Source: Octopus sinensis
Lineage: Eukaryota
Reading direction: 5' to 3'
Length of the DNA stretch: 64,000 nt
Assembly (NCBI RefSeq): GCF_006345805.1
Contig: NC_043007.1
Location: 18,228,001-18,292,000 of the forward strand
Shown here in pieces: positions 1 to 12,973 of this stretch. The first letter of the stretch is position 1. Every line of letters begins with the position of its first letter. A program made the translations under genes and the position numbers. The notes under the pieces are model-generated. The model worked only from the letters and a program-made list of their open reading frames with translations. It was not told where the DNA came from and ran no database searches.

Positions 1-611
1 TTTGTACCCAGAGCCACAGCCGGTTTCAGCCGGGTTGGTAATGAAAGGGTTAAAAAAGAGGACTTAGATTATGTAATGAAAGGGTTAAATTCCTTTCATT
101 TTACTTTATTTAGTTTATTTTGTTTTTTTACATTATCTTCTTCCTCCTCCTCCTACTCTCTCCTTATTTACCCTTATATATTTACTTGTTTATCTTCTTG
201 GCTATTTTTGTACCCTATATTAGACACTATTTGTATATACCTGACTTTACCCTTAACGCCAATCCTTAACCTCCTCCTTCACTGTCTCTACTTCTCTTTC
301 TATTTATTTATTTTTCTTTCTCTTTACCACATAATATCCACCCCCGCTACCATTTTGTGGTTGAATGTTGATGTTCATGTTTATTCTTGGGTATTTACAC
401 TGTCAGAACTTTAACCTATAAAGATTTACGCAGAACTGCACCTAAGGACTTAACTTCTACACAATCAGAAAGTTGAATTTTAAAATTTTATGTTTCTTTC
501 TTCTTCTCTTTCTTCATCTTATTTTTTTACTCCTTACCTCTATGTCATCATTTCATTAATCTATACCCTTCTTATTTTCTCTATTTGTCTCCGATGAGAC
601 AAATAGAGAAA

Positions 612-970
612 AAGCGCTATCCGAATCGTGGCCGATGCCAGCGCCGCCTCGACTGGCTTCCGTGTCGGTGGCACGTAAAAAGCACCATCCGAATCATGGC
701 CGAAACCAGTGCTGCCCCGACTGGCTTCCGTGCAGGTGGCATGTAAAATGCACCAATCCGACCGTGGCCGATGCCAGCCTCGCCTGGCTCCAGTGCAGGT
801 GGCACGTAAAAAGCACCCACTACACTCACGGAGTGGTTGGCATTAGGAAGGGCATCCAGCTGTAGAAACATTGCCAGATAAGACCGGAGCCTGGTGCAGC
901 CTTCTGGCTTCCCAGATCCCCGGCCGAACTGTCCAAACGGACGTTAAACGATGATGATGATGATGATGAT
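612..970 (+). mobile_element. Family B: (GAT)n-tailed short retroelement (probably RTE 3' ends)
   Basis: Repeated GTGC.GGTGGCACGTAAAAAGCACC modules, conserved ..GGCATCCAGC(T/C)GTAGAAAC.. and ..GGACGTTAAACGATGATGAT tail. No A/B boxes seen. Confidence 0.75.
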
Positions 971-1101
971 GGAATATCCCATACTCTGGGATATCCCAGA
1001 AACAGCTGTATGACTTTTAATGTTTTTTCTTTCCAATAATAACATGAGATGTTTACAACGTTTGTTGTCCTCTTCAACAATTGGCTGTGTGGTAAGTTAC
1101 A

Positions 1102-1497
1102 GGTGCAGGAGTGCTGTGTGGTAAGTAGCTTGCTTACCAACCACATGGTTCTGGGCTCAGTCCCACTGCGTAGCACCTTGGGCAAGTGTCTTCTACTATA
1201 GCCTCAGGCCAACTAAAGCCTTGTGAGTGGATTTGGTAGACAGAAACTCAAAGAAGCCCGTCGTATATATGTATATATATATATATGTATGTGTGTGTTT
1301 GTGTGTCTGTGTTTGTCCCCCAACATCACTTCACAACTGATGCTGGCATGTTTACATCCCCGTAACTTAACGGCTCGGCAAAAGAGACCGATAGAATAAG
1401 TACTAGGCTTCCAAAGAATAAATCCTGGGGTTGATTTGCTTGACTAAAGGCAGTGCTCCAGCATGGCTGCATTCATATGACTGAAATAAGTAAAAGA

Positions 1498-1498
<1 letters not shown>
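1102..1498 (+). mobile_element. SINE family A (dominant ~400-bp tRNA-type SINE)
   Basis: A-box TGGCTGTGTGG and B-box GGTTCAGTCC (slightly degenerate in this copy), internal (TA)/(TG) tract, 3' CCAGCATGGC..GACTGAAA and (AAAAGAGT)n tail. Confidence 0.85.
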
Positions 1499-1548
<50 letters not shown>

Positions 1549-1551
<3 letters not shown>

Positions 1552-2015
1552 CACAAAACTCTACTTGTGAAGACCTGTTGAGGCAAGTGAGGATCAGAAT
1601 CGAAATCGATCAATGGAAATTGCAGATGTGTTACCAGTGCCGGTGGCATGTAAGAGAACCTTCCGTTTCGCGACTGTTGCCAGCGCCGCCCCGACTGGCC
1701 TCGTGCCGGTGGCACGTAAAAAGCACCATCCATTCGTGTCCGTTGCCTGGCCCTTGTGCCGGTGGCACATAAAAAGCACCATCCGTTCGTGGCCGTTTGC
1801 TAGCTCTGTCCGGCACCTGTGCGGGTGGCACGTAAAAAGCACCCACTACACTCACGGAGTGGTTGGCGTTAGGAAGGGCATCCAGCCGTAGAAACACTGC
1901 CTTATCTGACTGGGCCTGATGAAGCCTTCTGGCTTCACAGACCCCAGTAGAACCGTCCAACCCATGCTAGCATGGAAAACGGACGCTAAACGATGATGAT
2001 GATGATGATGATGAT
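1549..2015 (+). mobile_element. Family B retroelement
   Basis: Four modules and a (GAT)n tail. Confidence 0.75.
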
Positions 2016-2283
2016 GATATATATATGTACACACACATACACGCATACACATACACATACATACATACACAAGCACACACACACAAATACACACACACAT
2101 ATATACATATATATATATACATATGTATATATATATATATATACACACGCATATACATATATTTACACATATATGCTTATATATGTATATATATGTATGT
2201 ATATGCATAAATATATACACACATATATATATATGTATATGTATATATATATATACACATACATACATATACTCTCTTTTTTT

Positions 2284-2677
2284 TTACTCTTTTACTTGTT
2301 TCAGTCATGTGACTGGGGCCATGCTGGAGCACCATCTTTAGTCGAGCAAATTAACCCCAGGACTTATTCTTTGTAAGCCTAGTATTTACTCTATCAGTCT
2401 CTTTTGCCGAATCACTAAGTTATGGAAATGTAAGCACACCAGCATCGGTTGTCAAGCAATGTTGGGGGACAAACATACACACACACACATACATATATAT
2501 TTATACATATATACTACGGGTTTCTTTCAGTTTCCATCTACCAAATCCACTCACAAGGCTTTAGTTGGCCTGGGGCTATAGTAGAAGACACTTGCCCAAG
2601 ATGCCATGCAGTGGGACTGAACTCAGAACCATGTGGTTTGTAAGCAAGCTACTTACCACACAGCCACTCCTACACCT
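2284..2677 (-). mobile_element. SINE family A
   Basis: Full-length reverse copy. Confidence 0.85.
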
Positions 2678-3092
2678 ATATATGTATGTATATGCATAAA
2701 TACACACACATACACATATACATATATATATGTATGTATATATATATATATACACATACATATATACTTACATACATACGTACGTACGTACATACATACA
2801 TACATATACACATATATATATGTATGTATATATATACACATACATATATACTTACATACATACATACGTACATACATACATACATATACACATATATATG
2901 TATATATATACACATACATATATACTTACATACATACATATGTACATACATACATACATATACACATATATATATGTATGTATATATATATACACATACA
3001 TATATACTTACATACATACATACGTACATGCATGCATGCATACATACATACATACATACATACATACATACATACATACATACATACATGCA
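2676..3092. repeat. Compound (TA)/(CATA) minisatellite with ~60-70-bp higher-order units
   Basis: tatatacacatacatatatacttacatac recurs about five times. Confidence 0.85.
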
Positions 3093-3668
3093 TGTATGTA
3101 TAATTATATTTATGACATCTAATATATATAATGCCATATTCATCCCAGTTCCTTATGTTCTGCCTCTCACCCCTCTGCTATTGATAAAATCATAAAAATA
3201 CTAACCAAATACTGAGGCTGAGTGAATCAACTGACCCCTATCTCGAGACTTGTAGCCCTGCTAGAAATCATTATTATGAATGGAGTTATTTAATGTTCTG
3301 GCGTGCTTTTTTTTTAATTTTTACTCTTGTGTGTGTGTTTTTTTTTTTTCTTTTGGTACCGGGGACAATCGGAGTTTTTGTCAAGAAAGAAACCTAATTA
3401 GTAATGACTTATATATATTTCTCTAATCATAGAATCTGTTAGTGTTTTGTAATTTCTGTATCATTAGCTTTGTGAAGTTACAATAGTGCTAGTGTTTTGT
3501 GTTGGTTCCCCACCCCCCGCCACTCTGCCATCCACGGGGCGGGGGGGGGTAAATGTCATCACCTCTTCCAGATATTTGATTTTGAATATTGCAGTGTGTT
3601 CTGTACTGTGTACTGTTATTTTGTAAACCTAACCTTAACGACCCCTCATTCATCATTCCCAACCAATA

Positions 3669-4098
3669 GGTGCAGGAGTGGCTGTGTGGTAAGTAGCTTG
3701 CTAACCAACCATATGGTTTCGGGTTCAGTCCCACTGCGTGGCATCTTGGGCAAGTGTCTTCTGCTATAGCCCCGGGCCGACCAATGCCTTGTGAGTGGAT
3801 TTGGTAGACGGAAACTGAAAGAAGCCTGTCATATATATGTATATATATATGTATATATGTGTGTGTGTGTGTGTGTGTGTTTGTGTGTCTGTGTTTGTCC
3901 CCCTAGCATTGCTTGACAACCGATGCTGGTGTGTTTACGTCCCCGTCACTTAGCGGTTCGGCAAAAGAGACCGATAGAATAAGCACTGGGCTTGCAAAGA
4001 ATGGGTCCCGGGGTCGATTCGCTCGACTAAAGGCGGTGCTCCAGCATGGCCGCAGTCAAAATGACTGAAACAAGTAAAAGAGTAAAAGAGTAAAGAGT
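3669..4098 (+). mobile_element. SINE family A
   Basis: Full-length copy. Confidence 0.85.
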
Positions 4099-4282
4099 AA
4101 ATCAATTAGCATCTTCCTTCTTTTCTTCCAAGACGACTATGACCCCCCCTCCACCTCCAAGACCACTACCAACAACAGCAACATAACATCTTATCTTTGC
4201 TCCTCTCCCCCTCCTTCTCTTTTCCTTCTTATTGTCATCATAGTCATTGACATCATCATATTTATATTCTCTCTTTCTCTCC

Positions 4283-4315
<33 letters not shown>

Positions 4316-4686
4316 ATGTACACACACACACACACCGATGCACATGCATCACAAGATTTGTCAACTCCCATACAGGAAACAGTGAATAAAGCATTCACTG
4401 ATGTTGCAAAGAGTCATGTGGCTAAATAAAAAATCCAGTACATGTAATTAAGGTAGTATTAAATTAGATTAAATTAAATTAAATTAAATTAAATTAAAAT
4501 AGCCAGCATGTGGCTGGCTGTGAACATATCATTCATAAGGCCCCAGCTAGGCTGAAATGAAACTGTCCATCTTGTTAGTTGCTGCCTTTTCCATCTCCCT
4601 CTAATATATATTGTATATGTCCATAAGAGATGTTATCTCAGGCAAATACCAGAGTAACTTGCCTGTCAATGATTTATATACATTAA

Positions 4687-4906
4687 CCCTTTAGCATTTA
4701 AACCAGCCGTATCCAGCCAAAAGTATTCTGCCTGTTTTATGTTCAAACTGGCCAGATCTGGTCTCTCACACCAACCCTACAATATCGTTTTAAAAATTAA
4801 CAGCTACCTCATCAAAATCTCAAAGCTACAAGATAATGCCTGATTAGTTCAAAGCAATGTGGATAAAAAGGATTAATTTTGGCAGAATAATGCGAACACT
4901 AAAGGG
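4687..4906. mobile_element. piggyBac-like MITE
   Basis: TTAA|CCCTTTAG ... CTAAAGGG|TTAA. Confidence 0.75.
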
Positions 4907-5169
4907 TTAAATATGATGGCTATTTTAATAGCTATGTCCTATTGTAATCTGGTTGAGAGTTTAGAGTATGATAGAGGAATGGACATAAGTGTCTTGTTAA
5001 AGAGGAGATATATGGCATACCTGCATTACGGACAGATGAGTGAAAGTAGCAGGAAAGGTAACAAAATTGTAGTATCACAACTACAGTATCCATTTGATTT
5101 TTATTTTGATGTTGATGTACTTGACTCAATAGGTCTCCTCAAGCACAACTGGTTGCTCAAAATTTGTTA

Positions 5170-5460
5170 GTAGGAGCTCCAGGACACACCAGTCATATTA
5201 ATAAGTTCATCTATCATTTGGTCCTCGAAGATCAGTTCACAAATTTTCATGATGTTTTTATTCATTCGGGAAGTCAACAGTCAGCCTGAATGAGGTTGGT
5301 CACCAAGCAACAAGTGACCATTCCTAAAGCATGGAAGCCACTCGTAAAATCGTGTTTTACTCATGACAGCATCCTTGTAAGCTGTTTGAAGCATGATGAC
5401 TGTTTTGGCTGCTGTTTTTCCCAGCAGAAAATAGAATTTCATGGAAGCACACTGTTCCTT
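5170..5460 (-). mobile_element. Mariner transposase N-terminal (HTH) remnant
   Basis: EQCASMKFYFLLGKTAAKTVIMLQTAYKDAVMSKTRFYEW..FRNG..GDQPHSG*, the typical mariner HTH region with a stop codon. Confidence 0.7.
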
Positions 5461-5611
5461 TGTTTCGGGTTTGCAAAAATTAATAAACGGGGAGAAGCAC
5501 TGCTATTCAATGATGCACCACATGGCAGTACGACCCCAGTCAACACTGCCAATTGGCAGATTCATGCTTGAGGGTCACATCAAGTGGCTTCTAATGGAAG
5601 AAGCCTGAACC

Positions 5612-6015
5612 ACTCTTTACTCTTTTACTTGTTTCAGTCATGTGACTGTGGCCATGCTGAAGCACCGCCTTTAGTTGAGCAAATCAACCCCAGGACTTAT
5701 TCTTTGTAAGCCTAGTACTTATTCTATCAGTCTCTTTTGCCGAACCGCTAAGTTAGGGGGACGTAAACACACCAGCATCAGTTGTCAAGTGATGTTGGGG
5801 GGACAAACACAGACACATGAACACACACACACACACATATATACATATATACGACGGGCTTCTTTCAGTTTCCGTCTACCAAATCCACTCACAAGGATTT
5901 GGTCGGCCCAAGGCTATAGTAGAAGACACTTGCCCAAAGTGCCACACAGTAGGACTGAACCCAGAACCATGTGGTTGGGAAGCAAACTACTTACCACACT
6001 GCCACTCCTGCGCCT
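5612..6015 (-). mobile_element. SINE family A
   Basis: Full-length reverse copy. Confidence 0.85.
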
Positions 6016-6878
6016 ACCATGGGTTTGTCCTACAGAGAACGTTTCTGGTTACTTTTGGATACCCCCTTATATATGTATCGTTGTAGGTGTACATGCCACA
6101 GGCTTCTACACAGTTTCCGTCCACCAAATATACTCATAAGGTATTGGTCATCCAGGGTTTCAGTATAAAATACTTATTCAATTGCTGCACAATGGGGTTG
6201 AACCCGAAACCCCTTGGTTGCAAAACAAGACTCTTAATCACACTGTCATACTTGTGCCTAGTCAGTGAGTGTCATTTTCTGATTGTGTCACAAGCATTCC
6301 ACTTGTAACGATGGCTGTTCTATTTTTTGCTTCAACCCTTATACGTCTAGAATTATATTATTCAACCTATCCTGTTTTTCCTTCATTCATGGTGACATGA
6401 AATTTGAGAAAGAGTTAGCTGCTATTTCTTATAAGGCAGTGGCTTTGTCGATACTACCTTATTAGCTTTAAATTTCAGTTGGAATGTGCTGGCATTTATA
6501 TTTGCTCTCCTATCCTTTAAATTTCTGCAGTAGGAGCCAAAAAAGGTGACAAGATACCACACAACTCCTGAACTTAGAATAACAAGGTTAAGCAAATATT
6601 AGGTTTATAACCTGTCTTTGTAACATGTCCCAGTTTTCTGTGATCCAAAGTTGAAGCGAGAATTCAGGCAGTTCTTTTTTGCTTAAGGTGGACTCATTTG
6701 CATATTGATATAAATACGCATGTGCACGTGCATCTCACACACACACACACACACACATACACACATACACAGATGTATTTATATATATATGAATGCATAT
6801 ATAAATATATGTGTGTGTCGATGTATTTACAAGGAGGTGCTGAAAAGTTCCTAGCTTTAGGTAAAAGAAAATACAGGA

Positions 6879-7041
6879 GGCGCAGGAGTGGCTGTGTGGT
6901 AAGTAGCTTGCTAACCAACCACATGGTTCCGGGTTCAGTCCCACTGCGTGGCACCTAGGGCAAGTGTCTTCCACTATGGCCTTGGGCCGACTAGAGCCTT
7001 GTGTGGATTTGGTAGACGGAAACTGAAAGAAGCCTGTCATA

Positions 7042-7088
<47 letters not shown>

Positions 7089-7298
7089 TTGTATGTCTGT
7101 GTTTGTCCCCCTAGCATTGCTTGACAACCGATGCTGGTGTGTTTACGTCCCCGTCACTTAGCGGTTCGGCAAAAGAGACCGATAGAATAAGTACTGGGCT
7201 TACAAAAGAATAAGTCCCGGGGTCGAGTTGCTCGATTAAAGGCGGTGCTCCAGCATGGCCGCAGTCAACTGACTGAAACAAGTAAAAGAGTAAAAGAG
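6879..7298 (+). mobile_element. SINE family A
   Basis: Full-length copy. Confidence 0.85.
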
Positions 7299-7466
7299 AG
7301 AGGATCAGTTAATAATGATTTTACTCAACATATTTCTCTCTCTGGTTCACACACTTATTGCAGTGGTCCTTCAGTTTTTCTAAGCCCTATAAAAGATGGA
7401 ATGTTAGGCTGTCAGCCAGTTCTTTCCAGCACCCCTTTGTATATATGTTTGCATATATATATATAT

Positions 7467-7640
7467 ATATAAATACAGTGTACATTTAAGCACATAAGAG
7501 ATGGCCATAACAGGACATCTGACTCGCTAGAAAGAGTAGTTAAACTACAAACCACTACTCTTTTTAACTACTCTTTCTAGCGAGTCAGATGTCCTGCTAT
7601 AGCCATTTCTTATGTGTTTAAATGTACACTGTATTTTTAT
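7467..7640. repeat. Inverted repeat, ~78-bp arms and ~18-nt loop
   Basis: aaatacagtgtacattt...gagtagttaaa / tttaactactc...aaatgtacactgtattt. Confidence 0.9.
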
Positions 7641-7871
7641 ATGAATAATATATAGTCTATTGACTAGTTTTTTCTTCTCACTTGACCACTGGTAGCAAAG
7701 AATTTTTCTAAATTTTTTTGCTACCCTAAGATTTATTAATTATAAATATATATGAGCATTATACTAATACATCTGTTTGTTTTGTACACCACCTGTCTTT
7801 GTCTTTTTGTAAACTCTCCCTATATATATATAAGCACACACATGCACATGCACACACACACACACATACAT

Positions 7872-8670
7872 ATATTAGGTCATCAAGTATAAAATTTGTA
7901 GAAAAGAAAATAGTTTGCTAATGTTTTATAAATACAAGGAATACTTTTATTCATCAAAGTATGCACCCATATTGTCAATACGCTTTTGCCATCTCAGCAG
8001 TAGCTTGTCCAGCCCAGAACTTTAAAAGCCTGGCAATCTAGAGTCAATAAAACTTTGGAAGGCCTGTTTTACAGCATTGTTGGAATTAAATTTTTTTTCT
8101 ATAAAAAGTTATCCAAATTCTGGAAGAAGTGGTAGTCAGTGGGGGCAAGGTAAAGTGGGTATGATGGATGATGGAGAACTTCCAACTCCAACTCCTGTAG
8201 TTTCGCCAATGTCATTTTTGTGATGTGTGGTCTGGCGTTGTCTTGCAATAAAGTAGGAGTGGATCTGCTGACTAATCTAAGCTGTCTTTTTTGTAAGTTT
8301 CTGCATCATTTGGTCCAGTTGGCTGCAGTATACTTCAGCCATGATTGATGAACCAGGTTTAATGAAATCATAGTGGATTACATCTGCGCCAGACCACCAA
8401 ACACATACCATCAGCTTCTTTTGATGAATTTTGCTTTTTGAATCGAGTTGTGTTGGCTTGTCTTTGTCCAACCATTGTGCTGTACATTTACGATTGTTGT
8501 ATTGGATCCATTTCTCATCACATGTTACAATTCGATTCAAAAAGGATTCATTTTTGTGATGAGAAAGTAGCATAATGCAGGTTTCTAAACATTGCTATTT
8601 CTGATTTTCATTGAGTTCATGTGGAACCCACTTATCCAACTTTTTCACTTTACCGATTTGAACTAGGTGA
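7872..8670 (-). mobile_element. Mariner (DD34D-type) transposase remnant
   Basis: Motifs KWVPHEL, IVTCDEKW, LQDNARPH and LAPTDYHFF, with stops and frameshifts. TIR-like TATTAGGT.. at ~7872. Confidence 0.88.
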
Positions 8671-9085
8671 GTCGATATTGTTTGCTTTGCTAACACCAAA
8701 CAACAACGATAACTCATTTTTTTAAAGTTACAAATTATGAAATTGTGATGGGGACAGTGGTGGTGAGAATTAAAATTTTGAAAATGTGATTTCTGGACAA
8801 AATCATATTAACCCCCTTTTATACGATGAAACAATACGTAGTTTGTGATCCTTCTTGAGAACAGAAAGTACTTTCATGCAAACCCATGCAAATTGTATCC
8901 CCCACCTCACCTTCACTTTTAAACAAACAATAACTTCCATTATGCCAGGAATCCAGTTCACCATATATCAGCTGTGCCGATTCTGCCGCATAAGAAAGGA
9001 GCAAATAATACAATATGGCTGTAGATCATAACACCCAGGCAATATTGGGATGCATTGCTGGTGTGTGTGTATGTGTAATAATATA

Positions 9086-9126
<41 letters not shown>

Positions 9127-9355
9127 TCAAAAAAGGATCAGAGGTCCTTATGATTATTTATTATGGCAGCTGAGTGGCATTTCTTTTACTTATTTGTATT
9201 CAAAACCTGTATTCCATGTATATTATATATATATATATGTATATATATTATATATATTATATATATATATATATATATAATTATATATATATATATATTA
9301 TAAAAAAGAAGTTTGAAAACGCCACTATATAAGATAAATTTTTTATTTCTTACAG

Positions 9356-9406
9356 ATTTTACATGTTTCGGTTCTTCTTGATGAAAAAAACAACCTTATC
9401 AAAAAT
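9356..9406 (-). ncRNA. Minimal type-I hammerhead ribozyme motif, U3-A8 variant
   Basis: attt-TTGATAA-ggtt...aacc-GAAAC-at-GTA-aaat. Stems I and II are present, and the core shows a compensated C3-G8 to U3-A8 change. Confidence 0.55.
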
Positions 9407-9717
9407 ATTCTTAAAAGTTAAGTGTAATAAAAAAGTTCATAATTGTTTCTTACTAATCTCAACAGAGTCCATGTGGTGGTGTTTTTGTGTGTGTGTGGGG
9501 GGGGGCATAATGGCTGTCTTGTGCATTGACTAGATTCATTGGCTGTAATTGTGAACATGCATATATATATATATATATATGTATATTATATATATATATG
9601 TTATATATATATATATATATATATAAAATATTATTAGAGACAAAACCACTATTTTGCAAAACAAACAAGGAAAGACTTAATCAATACATAAAATTTTAAT
9701 AAATAGTCAAAAAACCG

Positions 9718-9760
9718 CCACTACAATTGTTTCTTGTCTTGATCGACAATCTTCAGGTGG
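9718..9760 (-). ncRNA. Minimal type-I hammerhead ribozyme motif (PLE terminal-repeat type)
   Basis: CCAC-CTGAAGA-TTGTC(gatcaa)GACAA-GAAAC-aatt-GTA-GTGG. The core is complete, stems I and II are perfect, and loop 3 is palindromic. Confidence 0.8.
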
Positions 9761-12700
9761 ACTTCCAATCTAAAATATCAATATTTTAAAATATAAAAAT
9801 AATAATTTTAAAATAATTAAAGTATGAATGAAAAATATAAATATATAATCCATATATAACCTATATATAATCCATATATAATCAATATATAAACAATATA
9901 TAAAATAAAATAAACCTATCAACAATTAAATATAAAATATAAAATATAAAATATAAAATAAAAATATAAAACAAAACAAAAAAATAATATAATATAATAA
10001 TAAACTATATATACACCCATACACATATACCTAATTATATATAACCATATCTAACTACATACACTAAATCACACCTATATATATATCCCTATACATACAC
10101 ATAAAAACGTCTAGGCAACTATAAATAAATAAAATAGCTAAATACTTCAACACAATACTTATTCATACTCCCACACACACACACACATACAACCACCCAC
10201 ATTCACGCTCTAGAAAACGGACATCACTCAAAACTATGAACGGAGAAATGGAATAAATGGAATTAAAAATTATATACACTTGGTAAAACGAACACTACTT
10301 AAAAATTATGAATGAAACAATGCAATAAAACAACAGACATCGCAAATAGACACAAATTACTACGAATTCCTTAACAAACCTACCATGATAAACCAAAACT
10401 CATAAAAACATATAATGATAAAATCTCCCTTTACTAAACTCTATAACATACCTATATAGCAATCCCCCTAACCTAAACATTCACACACAAATACACACAC
10501 GTAAACCACACACACCCACGACATATACAATACCCACACCACTTACACATACCTATACATACATATAAACCTCACATATACCCAAAAACCCACTCAACCC
10601 CACACAGACAAATAAACACAAAAATATGAATGGATTCTTTTATAAAACTACCATGATAAGCTAAAACTCACAAAACATAAATGATAAAACCTCCCTTTAC
10701 TAAACACTATAACATACTTATATAGCAATCCCTTTAACCTATACATTCACACACAATACACACACGTAAACCACACACCCATAACAAATACAAACACCCC
10801 CCCACTCACACACACCCACAAGTACATATACGCCTCAACATATACACCAAACAAAATTACTTTACCAAGGAACTTAACATATGTATAAAAAGTATAACCG
10901 CTCTGGAAACGAACATCTTTTAAAAATGAATGGAGAAATGGAATAAATGGAATAAATGGAATTAAAAATAATATCACGTGGCAAACGAACACCACTCAAA
11001 AATTATGAATGAAACAATGTAATAAAACAACCAACATCGAAAATAGACAAATTACCACGAATTCCTAAAAAAAACCATGATAAACACAAAACTCTTAAAA
11101 ACATATAACGATAAAATCTCCCTTTGCTAAACTCTATAACAAACCTATATAGCAATCCCCCTAACCTAAACATTCACACACAAAAAAACACACACGTAAC
11201 CACAGACCCACGACTTATACACATACCTATACTAACTTATAAACCTCAATATACACCAAAAACCCTCTCCCTCCCCACACAGACAAATTAACACATACAT
11301 CCCAAAACCTAAATAACAACCCATATACACATTCACACACAAACACACACACACCAAAACACCACACCACAACAGATACATATACTCCCTCACATATACG
11401 CATATACATACTCACTAAACTCGATATATACAACAATATTTACACACCCACACTCATACAGATAAATAAATTATACAACTAAAAACTCGCACACAATCTC
11501 ATATACATAAACACTCCAATAAAAAACAACATTAAATACATCGTAATTAACCAGAATATCAAAAATAACAATATGACATAAGGAAATAAAATACATACTT
11601 ACAAGTCAGTTTCAAATTATGAAGTGAAATTAAATTCTTAGCCGTTAAAAAAATCAAACCAAAATTACGTTACCATAGAAATATAACTTATGTAAAAAAA
11701 GAATACGCGCCATGGAAAGTAAACGTCATTTAAAATTATGAATGGAGAAATAGAATAAATGAAACTAAAACTATCCACGTGGCAAACCAACACTACTTAA
11801 AAAAAATTTATTATGAATGGATTCTTTAATAAAACTACCATAATAAATTATTATATACAATTATGAGCTTTAGCTCATCTTAGCAGCTCTAACAAACAAC
11901 TTGCAGTAACCCAAATCTATTCTCGATGCCTGCCTTACTACTACACTATTCCATTCCCAATTCCAAGCAACACTAGCCCCACCACCCACCCGTTACAATT
12001 CCCAACTCCACCCATTCATTCACAACATTCAACGACGTTCACCTCCACAGCGCTACATATAAGCCTCAACATATACACCAGAGATTCACTTTCACATCCG
12101 TGCGGATGGGTGAGATTATACATTGAGTGTAGTGATGGGGCTCCCATTACTATACACATTTGTACCTGTGTGGTAGTCTCCATGTGTATATTCACGCACG
12201 GGTATAAATGCAGGGGGTACACGCGCACGGCATGTACGTGTACCCCCTCACATGTACATATGCATGCTAGTTGGGCTCGATATGTGCAACAATGTAATCG
12301 CGCCCGCATACATGCATATGGGCGAGTTGCACAATCAAAATACGCACACGTGTGTGTGTGCGTTCCCTGGTTGTGCAATTCACCCATCTGGGTGTGAGTG
12401 GGTGTAAGCGTATTGCTGTGGATGTCGAGCTTGATACGTATATATGAGTGTGTATTGGGGGGTTGTACGTATTTTGTGTGCATGTGCTTCACGCACGTGC
12501 GTCATGTATGGATGTGTGTGTGTGGGAGTATGAATAAGTATTGTGTTGAAGTATTTAGCTATTTTATTTATTTATAGTTGCCTAGACGTTTTTATGTGTA
12601 TGTATAGGGATATATATATAGGTGTGTGATTTAGTGTATGTAGTTAGATATGGTTATACATAATTAGGTATATGTGTATGGGTGTATATATAGTTTATTA

Positions 12701-12931
12701 TTATATTATTATTATTTTTTTGTTTGTTTTATATTTTATATTTTATATTTTATATTTTATATTTAATTGTTGATAGGTTTATTTTAGTTATATATATTGT
12801 TTATATTGATTATATATGGATTATATATAGGTTATATATGGATTATATATTTTATTTTTTTCATTCATACTTTAATTATTTTAAAATTATTATTTTATAT
12901 TTTAAAAATATTGATATTTTAGATTGGAAGT

Positions 12932-12973
12932 CCACCTGAAGATTGTCGATCAAGACAAGAAACAATTGTATGG
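12932..12973 (+). ncRNA. Hammerhead motif, inverted copy of 9718-9760 with 1-nt deletion in stem I
   Basis: CCAC-CTGAAGA-TTGTC..GACAA-GAAAC-aatt-GTA-TGG. The G after the cleavage triplet is missing. Confidence 0.65.

Noticed and set aside
76-414. 112-aa hydrophobic ORF
   Set aside because: A T/C-rich low-complexity tract with no recognisable domain or splice context.
1852-3195. Numerous long Y/I/H/T/C/V/M-rich ORFs (also near 26450, 30300, 37150, 40300, 53800 and 54900)
   Set aside because: Stop-free readings of TA/CA/CATA microsatellites.
3570-3600. IFDFEYCS after a ttccAG, resembling the choline kinase DFEY motif (possible paralog exon)
   Set aside because: No YNYR continuation, no donor site at the expected position, and no other kinase exons on the + strand. 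Most likely chance.
8805-9060. Unique-looking segment with a TTAACCCCC end, possibly a piggyBac remnant
   Set aside because: No matching second terminus, and no transposase motif recognised in any frame.
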